DNA from: an uncultured Micromonospora sp. | GTDB lineage: Bacteria > Actinomycetota > Actinomycetes > Mycobacteriales > Micromonosporaceae | Direction: 5' to 3' | Length of the DNA stretch: 64,000 bases | Assembly: GCA_937951935.1 (NCBI GenBank) | Contig: CALGAM010000133.1 | Location: 1,543-65,542 of the forward strand | Shown here: piece by piece, positions 10,248 to 23,300 of the stretch | How positions within the stretch are numbered: the first letter of the stretch is position 1 | Layout of the letters: each line of letters opens with the position of its first letter | Notes under the pieces: generated by a model | Database searches by the model: none | Told to the model about the DNA's origin: nothing | Seen by the model: the letters and a program-made list of their open reading frames with translations, nothing else | Position numbers and translations under genes: made by a program

Positions 10248-11018
10248 TCAGCCGGCCGACGACGGTAACGTGAGGCTCGCCGGTGCCACCTGTTCGAGGA
10301 TCGCCCGGTGCAGGTTCTGCAGTTCCCGCCCGGGCTCGATGCCCAGGTCCTCGCGCAGCCGACGTCGGATCTGGGCGTACGCGTGCAGGGCCTCCGCCTG
10401 TCGGGAGCACCGGTAGAGCGCGAGCATGAGCTGTGCCCGGAGGGTCTCGTGGAACTGGTGGATGGAGACCAGCTTCTTCAGCTCGGGCACGATGGTGCGG
10501 TGGTTGCCCAGTTCGAGTTCGGCCGTGAAGAGGTCCTCGTAGGCGGCGATCCGTTCGTCCTCCAGGAACCGGGCCTCCTGTTGCAGCAGCTTCCCGGGGA
10601 TGCCGGCGAGCGCGTTGCCCCGCCACAGCGCGAGCGCGGCGCGGAGGTCCCGGGCCGACCCGGGCAGGTCGCCGCGGTTGGCCTTCTCGCGTGCCTCGGC
10701 GACCAGGTGCCGGAACGACCAGATGTCGGTCTCGGCGGGATCGACCTGTAACCGGTAGCCGGCCGAGCTGGTGGTCAGCTCCACCCCGGTCATGGGCTGC
10801 AACAGTTGGCGGAGCCGGTAGATGTACGACTGGAGGGTGGTCTGTGCCGCCGCGGGCGGCTGGCCGTCCCAGACGAAGCGGGTCAGCCGTTCGACGGGCA
10901 CCTCGTTGTTGGCGTCGAGCAGCAGGGTGACGAGCACGGCTCGCTGTTTGGGCGCCGTAATCGAGATGCGAGTACTGCTCGTGTTCACCTCAAGGCTGCC
11001 GAGAATGGCGAAGCGCAA
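10248..11018 (-). CDS. SARP (AfsR/DnrI-family) pathway activator, two TTA codons
   Basis: RFAILGSLEV, wHTH plus BTAD (ALALWRG, LMLALYRCSRQAEAL, LGIEPG). Probable TTG start at 11018 (ORF extends to 11072). Confidence 0.92.
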   Translation of the reverse strand: MRFAILGSLEVNTSSTRISITAPKQRAVLVTLLLDANNEVPVERLTRFVWDGQPPAAAQTTLQSYIYRLRQLLQPMTGVELTTSSAGYRLQVDPAETDIWSFRHLVAEAREKANRGDLPGSARDLRAALALWRGNALAGIPGKLLQQEARFLEDERIAAYEDLFTAELELGNHRTIVPELKKLVSIHQFHETLRAQLMLALYRCSRQAEALHAYAQIRRRLREDLGIEPGRELQNLHRAILEQVAPASLTLPSSAG

Positions 11019-11785
11019 GGTTGGTCCCCCGTTCCTGCATGATCCGAGTTTTACCCCGGAAACGCTGTTCATGCGACGTGTCCCCCTGTGCGGCTGGCTG
11101 GCATGTGACGGTTGATCGCGGTTAGGAGGGTCCGGGCGTCACATTGCGCGTATTCATGGATGAAGGCATGGACCGCGGCGGCACGGCGCCGATGCCGACC
11201 GACCCGCCAACGACGTCACAGGCGTGGCGGGCACCGGGCACTGGAGCAGCTCTGGCGCAGCCGCGAGTCTTCCCAGGTCATTCAGGTGATCGGGTACGCA
11301 ATACATGAAAACAGTATCACGTCTGCCAATGAATGCCTCGTTCGTGTTGGCTAAGTCGGATAGGTCTTTCGGATAGGGATAGCTGGTCGACGCAGACCCT
11401 TTTGCCCCCGGTTGGGACGTTGTAACGAAGGAGATCTGCGGGAACCCGTGCCGACGGCGTATCTGTCGGAACATTTCCAGATCGGTTCGCTCGTGCCGGA
11501 ACCTGCGGGGGCGACCGTGGGGCACCGTGCCGCCCGGGCGTGACCGGGGGGTGGTCCGCGGCACACGGCGGCGCGGCCGGCGCCTCGCTGGTGCCCCGGT
11601 GGACGGGGCCCGGTGCCACGCCGCACGCCGGTACGAGCAGCGCAGGACGTAACCTCCCGTGCCGCGGGCCGGGGCGGTCGACCGGTGGGTCGGGCGACCG
11701 CCGGCCGGCGCGCGACCCACCGGCACGTCACCAGAGGTCGGAGCGGCCGTCGACCGAGCCCCGCGCGCACTTGCGCGGAAACTGG

Positions 11786-11836
11786 CTCCAGTGATTTCCC
11801 GGCGCGTCTCCAGCGTGATGCCGAGAGGCCTCCAGA
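11786..11836 (+). promoter_or_regulatory. Putative SARP binding site upstream of dpgA
   Basis: CTCCAG at 11786, 11808 and 11830 (exact 22-bp period). Confidence 0.6.
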
Positions 11837-11890
11837 TGCGTCGTATTCGACGTATACCAGATATGCTGCCGCACCCGACCGGAAGCATTC

Positions 11891-11920
11891 TTGACGGGCA
11901 TCGACACCCTCCATTACGTT
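11891..11920 (+). promoter_or_regulatory. Putative sigma70/HrdB-type promoter
   Basis: TTGACG-N18-TACGTT upstream of dpgA. Confidence 0.5.
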
Positions 11921-12205
11921 TCGTGTTCGGAACTCGGACCGCGGTGGTCGGAGATATTGCGTTCCGTCGCGTCGCGGCCCGGCGTCAGCCCGCCGACGTG
12001 GGCGGGCGTGCCCGTGGCGGTTTTCGGTGTCTCCGGTGCCCGGAACCGTCTCCGGGTCGGTGGACGCTGACCCGGAAAATGGTGATCTGGCCCAGGGGAA
12101 TCCGTTTCGTTGCCGGTTTCCTCGTCAAGGTCGTGACGTCCTGGGAAGGTGAGGGGAATTGAGCGCTGAGAGCAACACCGGTCGCCTGGTCGTGAAGGCG
12201 CGCAT

Positions 12206-15566
<3,361 letters not shown>

Positions 15567-16480
15567 CGATCCGCACCGGAACCAGCCCGGACGGGCGGAG
15601 CGACTCCAACCCGGACGCCGGACGGCCGGTGCCGGCCCGGACGGGCGGATCGGGGATGACCCGACCGCCCGGCCGGGCGCTGCGACCTCGCGCCGGACCC
15701 GCACCGGGCTGGACCGACCACGGGTCCGGTACGGCAGACGCGACGACACCGCACGGGCCACGCCCAGCCGGCCGGAGGTGCCGAACGCGCGGGATGACCG
15801 GACCCGCGAGGAACCGGCCGTGGTCCGGACCGACGTCCGTCCACCCTCGGCGGTCGGAACCGGCCTGGCCGGCCCCGGCCCCACCGAACGATCCGACCCG
15901 CCCCGACCCGGTGGTCGCCCGGGTCCGCGGGGTGCCCCTGGCGGTCGCGCCCGCCCCGGCGTGCGACCTCGTCGTCGCGGTCTGGAACGCCGTCGGGGTC
16001 CGGAAACGCCGTCCTCGCGTTTCCGCAGGGCACGACCGGGAGCTGACACCGGGCGTGGGTGGGGGTTGTTCCGGCTCGCCCGACAGCCGGCCAGGACTGC
16101 CACGGACATCTGCTGGCCGGACGACGCCCGACCGTGGACCGGACGTCTCGACCCAACCTGTTGAACGACCCGGCCTGTGAACGACCCGGCCTGGCGAACA
16201 AGGCGGTCGAGCCGGAGGAGCTGGCCGGGTGCGTGGCACGGTGGGCGGAGGATGTGCGCCGCGGTGCGCCGCCTTGCGCGGCGGCGGTCGGGGAGTGCGT
16301 CCACCGCTCGCTCGACACGCTTTCGAAGCGGGCGTTCTCGGCGCGGCTCACCCGAGAGCGGCGGCGGACACGCGGCCAGGACGCCGTCGAGGACCTCGGG
16401 CGCTTTCTGGGGAATGCCCTGCGGTCTGGTCGGGCCGGTGACCGACAAAAACGTACCGAATCCGTCTGGATCGCCGGCCT

Positions 16481-16520
16481 GTCCGTTTGTTCTCCAGCGC
16501 CTGTCCAGCTCGCCACCAAT
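16481..16520 (+). promoter_or_regulatory. Putative SARP binding site upstream of the ABC-TE-NRPS operon
   Basis: CTCCAGC at 16492 and GTCCAGC at 16503, with degenerate copies at 16481 and 16514 (11-bp period). Confidence 0.55.
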
Positions 16521-16892
16521 ACGTGTCCACCAATTCCTTTTCGTTTCTACACCCGGATTCATGCGGCGCGTGAATGTCGGACGAGGGACAAATAATCGGT
16601 CCGGAAGAACGCGAGAGACCTCTTGTGTTGCCGGCGTCGGCGCGCCTAACATCAGATTCTGTCGGGCGCTCGACGAAGATCGATCAAATTTACGTTCCCC
16701 CTATTTGTCGTTTCCGTCGCGCCGGTGAATGACGCGTTTCGACACGTCCTCCGGAATCGTCGACGAATCGTGCGGCTGCCGTCGGCTCGGTGAGGTGGTG
16801 CGGGCGTCGCAGCGCACGGCCGGCGTGCCCGCCAGGTGGTGAGGCGATGCGAGTTCCGACAGCAGCTCCAGGACCGAAAGGGTGGTGTGCCG

Positions 16893-19169
16893 ATGGGTGA
16901 GCCCGTGGGGCCGCGCCCGACGCGGGGTCCGGTGCCGGCCGGGAGGCCGCAGCCGGTGAAGGTCCCGGTCGGCGGCCCGATCAGGATCCCGGTACCGGCG
17001 GGCGGCGCCCCGCCGGGAGACATCCCGGTGGACGGTGCCGGGCCGGTGCCGGTGGACGGTCCCGGGCCGACGGCGGGGCGGGTCGCGGTGCCGGTGGCCG
17101 GTGGGCCGGTGGACGGTCCGCCGCCGGCGGGTGGGCCCGCGCCGGGCGCCGGGCCCGGTCCGGCCGGGCCGCCGATGCGGGTGATGGGGCCGATGCGTCG
17201 GATCGGCGGAGGGCCCGGGACAGCCTTCGGCGAGGGCCCGGAGGCGGCGCAGGCCCCGGTCACCGAGGCCCAGACCCGGTACGGGTTCCGCGACACCGTC
17301 CGGCTGGCCGCGTCCGCGCTCCGGCTCGTCTGGGCGGCCGGGCGCCGCGAGCTGATCACCATTCTGGCGATGGACGTCCTGCAGGCGGTCGCGGTCTTCT
17401 TCGTGATCATCCAGCTGCAGCGGGTCATCACCGATCTGATCATTCGCAGCTCGGGGGGCGGCGCCTCCCAGCTCTTCCTCAACATCGGCCTGTTCATCGG
17501 CGCGAACATCCTGGTGGTGATCGCGCAGGCGGTGATCTCGAACCGACGGCCACTGCTCAGCGAGCGGACCGCGATGTACGTCTGTGGACAGGTCATCCGG
17601 GTCGCCAGCGCGGCCGAACTGGGCGACTTCGACGACTCCCGGTTCCACGACCGACTCCAGCGGGCCGCGGCGAGCGCCGCGACCCGGCCCTCGATGCTGG
17701 TGCAGAGCCTGGTCATGATCGTCCAGGAGCTGGTCGCGGCGCTCTCCATCTGGCTGGCCCTGGTCCTCATCGCGCCGTGGATCGCGGTGGCCCTGCTGGT
17801 GGTGGTCGTCCCGATCTGGATCAGCGGCGTGCGCGGTGGCGAGCACTTCTTCGGGTTCATCACCCGCATCACCCACACCGACCGCGGCCGCAACTACCTC
17901 TTCGGCCTGCTCACCAGCAGGGACGCGGCCAAGGAGATCCGGGCGTTCAACATCGCCGGCTTCCTGGCCGAGCGCTGGCGCGCCTCCATGAGCAAGCGGA
18001 TCGACCTGCTGGCCGAGACCATGCGCAAGCGGATGCGTGCCTCCCTGCTCGGCTCGGTCGGCAGCAACGTGGTGATGGCGCTCGCCGCGGCGGCGCTGAT
18101 CGCGATGAACCACTGGGGGATGTTGACGCTGGTCGAGACGGCGACGGTGGCCGGCGTGTTGATGATGTTCAGCCAGCGGATGCTCCGGTCGGTCGCCATG
18201 GCGACCGACTTCTTCGAGTCGGCACCCCTGGTCCGCGACCTCAACGAGTTCCTCGCGCTCGAACCGACCCTGGTCCGGACCAGGTCCGGCATCCCGTTCC
18301 GGGGTGAGTTCGACGAGATCAGGCTGGAGAACGTCTCGTACACCTACTTCGGCGCCGAGCGCGAGGCACTCCGCGACGTGTCGCTGACCATCCGCGCCGG
18401 AGAGGTCGTGGCGCTGGTCGGGGAGAACGGTTCCGGCAAGACCACCCTGGCCAAACTGCTCGGCGGGCTGTACGTCCCGCAGCAGGGGGCGATCCGGATC
18501 GACGGTGTCGACCTGCGGGAGATCGACACGGACAGCTGGCGTTCCGCGGTCGCGGTGCTCTTCCAGGACTTCATCCGGTACGCGTTGCCGGCCGGCGAGA
18601 ACATCCACGTCGGCCGGGCCACCCGGGAGCCGGTGCTGGAGGAGATCCGCGACGCGGCCCGCGCGGCCGGCGCCGACGACTTCCTCTCGGCGCTGCCGGA
18701 CGGGTACCGGACGATCCTGTCGCCCCAGTTCAACCGGGGCCAGGACCTGTCCCTGGGGCAGTGGCAGCGGGTGGCGCTCGCCCGCGCCTTCTACCGGGAC
18801 GCGCCCCTGGTGATCCTCGACGAGCCGACCGCGTCGCTGGACGCCCGGGCCGAACGGGCCCTCTTCGACAGCGTGCGGGACCTGTACGCCAACCGCACCG
18901 TGCTGCTGGTCTCCCACCGGTTCGCCACGGTGCGCTCCGCCGACCGCATCATCGTGCTGCGGGACGGCCAGGTCATCGAGCAGGGCACCCACGACGAGCT
19001 GATGGCGGCCGACGGCCTCTACGCGGAGCTGTTCTCGATCCAGGCCAGCGGCTTCGTGGACGCGGCCGAGGACGGCGCTCCGGCCGCCTCCGCGAGGCGA
19101 CAGCCCGAGGACGCCGAGCCGGACGGGAACCCGCCGATCGGCACCGCGTCGGCTCGGGGGGACCGGTGA
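16893..19169 (+). CDS. Fused ABC exporter (TMD+NBD) with Pro/Gly-rich N-terminal extension
   Basis: GENGSGKT, LSLGQWQR, ILDEPTASLD, SHRF; several TM segments. Confidence 0.92.
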   Translation: MGEPVGPRPTRGPVPAGRPQPVKVPVGGPIRIPVPAGGAPPGDIPVDGAGPVPVDGPGPTAGRVAVPVAGGPVDGPPPAGGPAPGAGPGPAGPPMRVMGPMRRIGGGPGTAFGEGPEAAQAPVTEAQTRYGFRDTVRLAASALRLVWAAGRRELITILAMDVLQAVAVFFVIIQLQRVITDLIIRSSGGGASQLFLNIGLFIGANILVVIAQAVISNRRPLLSERTAMYVCGQVIRVASAAELGDFDDSRFHDRLQRAAASAATRPSMLVQSLVMIVQELVAALSIWLALVLIAPWIAVALLVVVVPIWISGVRGGEHFFGFITRITHTDRGRNYLFGLLTSRDAAKEIRAFNIAGFLAERWRASMSKRIDLLAETMRKRMRASLLGSVGSNVVMALAAAALIAMNHWGMLTLVETATVAGVLMMFSQRMLRSVAMATDFFESAPLVRDLNEFLALEPTLVRTRSGIPFRGEFDEIRLENVSYTYFGAEREALRDVSLTIRAGEVVALVGENGSGKTTLAKLLGGLYVPQQGAIRIDGVDLREIDTDSWRSAVAVLFQDFIRYALPAGENIHVGRATREPVLEEIRDAARAAGADDFLSALPDGYRTILSPQFNRGQDLSLGQWQRVALARAFYRDAPLVILDEPTASLDARAERALFDSVRDLYANRTVLLVSHRFATVRSADRIIVLRDGQVIEQGTHDELMAADGLYAELFSIQASGFVDAAEDGAPAASARRQPEDAEPDGNPPIGTASARGDR

Positions 19170-20158
19170 TCGGCCGGCCGGCCGGGCCGGGGCGGTACCA
19201 CGCCCTCGTCGGCCGGCTGGCGACCCGTCAACCACCCGGACCGGTCGGGCGTTACGGCCCGACCGGGATGGGAATGGTCCGCCGATCCGGTCCGCCGGCC
19301 GCGGGGCCGCCGGACCCGGTCGACGACGGGGTGCTCATCCCGATCCGTCGGGGTGACCGCTTTCCGGCGGTCTTCGGCGTGCACTCCTCCACCGGCGGGG
19401 TGACCGAGTTCGTTCCCCTGGCCCAGCACCTCGGCGACGGCCGGCAGTTCTTCGGGCTCCAGTCCCGGGGCCTGCTCGGCGGGACGCGACCGGCCCCGGA
19501 CGTGACGCAGATGGCCCGGGACTACCTCGACCAGGTACGGCGGGCCCAGCCGACCGGGCCGTACCTGTTCGCGGCCTGGTCCATGGGGGGCTACGTCGCG
19601 GTCGAGATGGCCCGGCAGGTCATCGAGCAGGGTGACCGGGTCGGCGGCGTCTTCCTGATCGCACCGCCGCACGACGACCGGTACGGCCCGTGGCGGCGCT
19701 GGACCCGGTGGCGGGCGGCCCGGAGGGTCCTGCGGGACCTGGACGACCGGATCGGCGCGGAACCGACCGGGGCGGGCGCGGGCCGGGAACTGCTGCCGCT
19801 GTGGGACCTTGACGAGGAGTCGCTGCCCGACCCCCTCGACGACGGTGCGGGGCTGCTCGACGAGGAGGACCGGCGGCGGTTGCGGGTCGAGCGGGCCAAC
19901 CTGGTCAACGTCTGGGCCGGGATCCGCTACCGCGCGCGACTGCGCCGGACGCTGCGCCCGTACGACCTGCGGGTCGTGCTCTTCGTCCCGCGTGACGACC
20001 CCGAACACCGGCGCCGCGACACGCTCGCGCAGTGGCGCGACGCGCTGCGGTCCGAGCCCGAGGTGGTTTCCGTGCCGGGCGGGCACCTCGACGTCCTCGC
20101 CGGACCCGGGGTCCGGCTGATCGGGGACCGGCTGCGAGCCGAGGTGGACCGGTGGTGA
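19166..20158 (+). CDS. Standalone thioesterase (NRPS TE-like alpha/beta hydrolase)
   Basis: QPTGPYLFAAWSMGG nucleophile elbow, VPGGH His; GTGA overlap with the ABC gene (start uncertain). Confidence 0.8.
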   Translation: MIGRPAGPGRYHALVGRLATRQPPGPVGRYGPTGMGMVRRSGPPAAGPPDPVDDGVLIPIRRGDRFPAVFGVHSSTGGVTEFVPLAQHLGDGRQFFGLQSRGLLGGTRPAPDVTQMARDYLDQVRRAQPTGPYLFAAWSMGGYVAVEMARQVIEQGDRVGGVFLIAPPHDDRYGPWRRWTRWRAARRVLRDLDDRIGAEPTGAGAGRELLPLWDLDEESLPDPLDDGAGLLDEEDRRRLRVERANLVNVWAGIRYRARLRRTLRPYDLRVVLFVPRDDPEHRRRDTLAQWRDALRSEPEVVSVPGGHLDVLAGPGVRLIGDRLRAEVDRW

Positions 20159-20345
20159 CAGCCAGGGAGCGGGACGTCACGCCCGTGGTGAGGGTCGCCG
20201 GGCGTACCAGCGGTCAGGAGCGTGTCCCGGCGGCGGTGAACGACGACGCCGCCGGGCGCCCGGCGGCGGTGACCTCCGCGGATATCCGAAACGGGCCGGC
20301 CGCGGCGGCAATTGCCCGAAGCACGTGACTGGCGAGGGTGGGTGT

Positions 20346-23300
20346 GTGCAGGTGACCGTCTCTGCATCTGAACTTCTTGGCGACCTGGAGGGCCGGGGGG
20401 TTCGTCTCTATCTGGCCGAGGACAAACTCCGGGCGCTCGCCCCGAGAAACGTCCTCACCGAGGAACTGCGGCAGCGGATCAGCGACAGCCGGGAGGCGCT
20501 CATCGAGCTGCTTCGGCGGCGGGCCAGCCAGGCCGACCTGGCGACGGCCCCGCCGATCCGGGTGGCGGGCCGAGACGGCGTGCTACCGCTGTCGTTCGCA
20601 CAGCAGCGTCTCTGGTTCCTGGCCCAGCTCGACCCGGACTCGGTCGAGTACAACATGCCGATGCCGGTGTGGTGGGAGGGCGAACTCGACCAGGTCGCCC
20701 TCAACCGCGCGCTGGAAACCCTGCTGGAGCGGCACGAGGTGTTGCGGACCCGGCTGGTCGAGGGCCCCGACGGGGTGGCCTGCCAGGTCATCGACCCCCC
20801 GACGCGGGTGGAGCTGCCGGTGGTGGACGTGTCCGCCGAGGCCGACCCGACCGCCGCCGCGCAGGCCCTGATCGCCCAGGACGGGGCGGTGCCGTTCGAC
20901 CTCGCCACCGGGCCGCTGATCCGGGCACGGCTGATCCGGGTGAGCGAGCGCGAACACGTCCTCGCGCTCTGCGTGCACCACGTGGTCTTCGACGAGTGGT
21001 CCTCCGGCATCCTCCGGCGCGAGCTGGGGGAGCTGTACGACGCGTACCACACCGGCCGCCCGCCCCGGCTGCCGGAGCTGCCGGTGCAGTACGCCGACTT
21101 CGCGGTCTGGCAGCGCGAGTGGCTGACCGGCGAGGTGCTGGAGCGGCAGCTGGGGTACTGGCGGGACGCCCTGGCCGGCGCGCCGGTCCTGGAGCTGCCG
21201 ACCGACCGTCCCCGGCCGCCGGTGCGCTCCTCGGCGGGCGCCTCGGTGGAGTTCGAGGTTCCCGAGCGGGTCGTCGAGGGGCTGCGGACGGTGGCGCGGG
21301 CGGCCGGCGCCTCGATGTTCATGACGCTGTTCAGCGCCTTCGTCGTGCTGCTGAGCCGGTACAGCGGCCAGGACGACGTGGTGGTCGGTACCCCGATCGC
21401 CAACCGGAACCGGACGGAGATCGAGGGGCTGATCGGGTTCTTCGTGAACACCCTGGTGCTGCGCACCGACCTCTCCGGGGACCCGACCTTCGCCGAGCTG
21501 CTCGGCCGGGTTCGGGAGGTCGCGCTGAACGCGTACGCCCACCAGGACGTGCCGTTCGAGTCCGTGGTGGACGCGCTGGGGGTCAGGCGGGACCGGTCCC
21601 GGACCCCGCTGTTCCAGGTGATGTTCAGCTACGCCCAGGGCGGTGGCGCGCGGGCCGACGGGGACGGTCCGGTCGGCCCGGTCGCGCCGGCCCGGCCCGC
21701 TCCCGTCGAGGGCCGGGGCGGGCACGCCCCGAAGCCGGTCAAGTTCGACCTGGCGCTGGCGTTCGGGGAGACCGGTACCGGCGGGCTCGCCGGCGGCCTC
21801 CAGTACGCCACCAGCCTCTTCGACGCCGCGCGGATCGACCGGATGGTGCAGCACCTGCTGGTGCTGCTGGAGGCGGTCGCGGCCAACCCGCACCGGCGGC
21901 TCTCCCAGCTTCCCCTGCTGACCGCGGCGGAGGTGGCGGAGCTTCACCGGTGGAGCGGTGTCACCGCGCCGGTGCCGGCGGTCGGCGGCGTGCACGAGCT
22001 GGTCAGCGCCCAGGCGGCGGCCCGGCCGGACGCGGTGGCGCTGCGCTCCGGCGGGGTCTGGCTGAGCTACGGCGAGCTGGAGGCCCGGGCCAACCGGCTG
22101 GCCCGCTACCTGCGGCAGGTCGGCGTCGCGCGGGAGGACCTGGTCGGGCTCTGCCTGCCCCGCGGCGTCGACATGGTGGTGGCGGTGCTGGCGGTCTGGA
22201 AGGCGGGTGGCGCGTACGTGCCGATGGACCCGCAGTATCCCGCGGACCGCCTCGGCTACATGTTGGCCGACAGCGGCGCCCGGTTCCTGGTGGCGACGGC
22301 GGAGACGGTACGCGGCCTGCCGGCCGGAGCCGTGCCGCCGGAGGTCCGGGTGCTGGCGCTGGACGACGCCGAGGTCGGCGCGGCGCTGGCGGAGCTGCCC
22401 GCGGAGCCGCTCGGCCTGACCGTCAGTCCGGACCAGGCGGCGTACGTCATCTACACCTCCGGCTCCACGGGCCGGCCGAAGGGGGTGCTGCTGCAGCACC
22501 GTGGGGTGGTGAACCTGGCGGTCGCGATGCGGCCGGTGCTCCAGGCGGCCGAGGGAACGGTGGCGCTGCAGTTCGCCTCGTTCAGCTTCGACGCGGCGGT
22601 GCTGGACATGGCGGTGGTACTGGCCGCCGGCGGCACCCTGGCCATCGCCACCGCGGCGGAGCAGGCCGAGCCGTCCGCGCTCGCCGCGATGATCTCCGAC
22701 CACGGGGTGCAGACGGCCAGCGTGGTGCCGTCGCTGCTGGCCGTCCTCGATCCGGACCAGGTGCCCGGGGTGCGCAACTGGGTGGTCGGCGCGGAGCGGC
22801 TGACCGCCGGTCTGGCCCGGACCTGGGCCTCCCGGGCCCGGTTGTGCAACACCTACGGGCCGACCGAGGCGACGGTCATCACCACGGCGGTGCCGCTGAC
22901 CGTGCCCGACGGCGACCCGGAGCAGGATCCCCTCCCGCCGATCGGCGTGCCGATCGCGAACGCCACGGTCCGGGTGCTGGACCGCTCGCTGCGCCCGGTA
23001 CCGGTCGGGGTGACCGGCGAGATCTACATCGGTGGTCCGGGGGTCGCCCGGGGCTACCACCGCCGGCCGGCGCTGACCGCGCGCCACTTCGTGCCCGATC
23101 CGGTCGCCGGCGACGGGTCCCGGCTGTACCGCTCCGGCGACCTGGGCCGGTGGCGCGCGGACGGGCAGCTGGAGTTCGTCGGGCGGGCCGACAACCAGGT
23201 CAAGGTGCGGGGGTTCCGGATCGAACCGGGGGAGATCGAGCACGTCCTGCGGACGCATCCGGGCATCTCCGCGGCCGTGGTGATCGCCGACGGCGAGGGC

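Noticed and set aside
11073-12205. ORFs in the SARP-dpgA intergenic region
   Set aside because: No recognisable motifs; better explained as a divergent promoter region.
15567-16892. Pheganomycin-like ribosomal precursor peptide or other ORFs in the gap
   Set aside because: No ORF with a convincing RBS and coding pattern, and no ATP-grasp ligase nearby.
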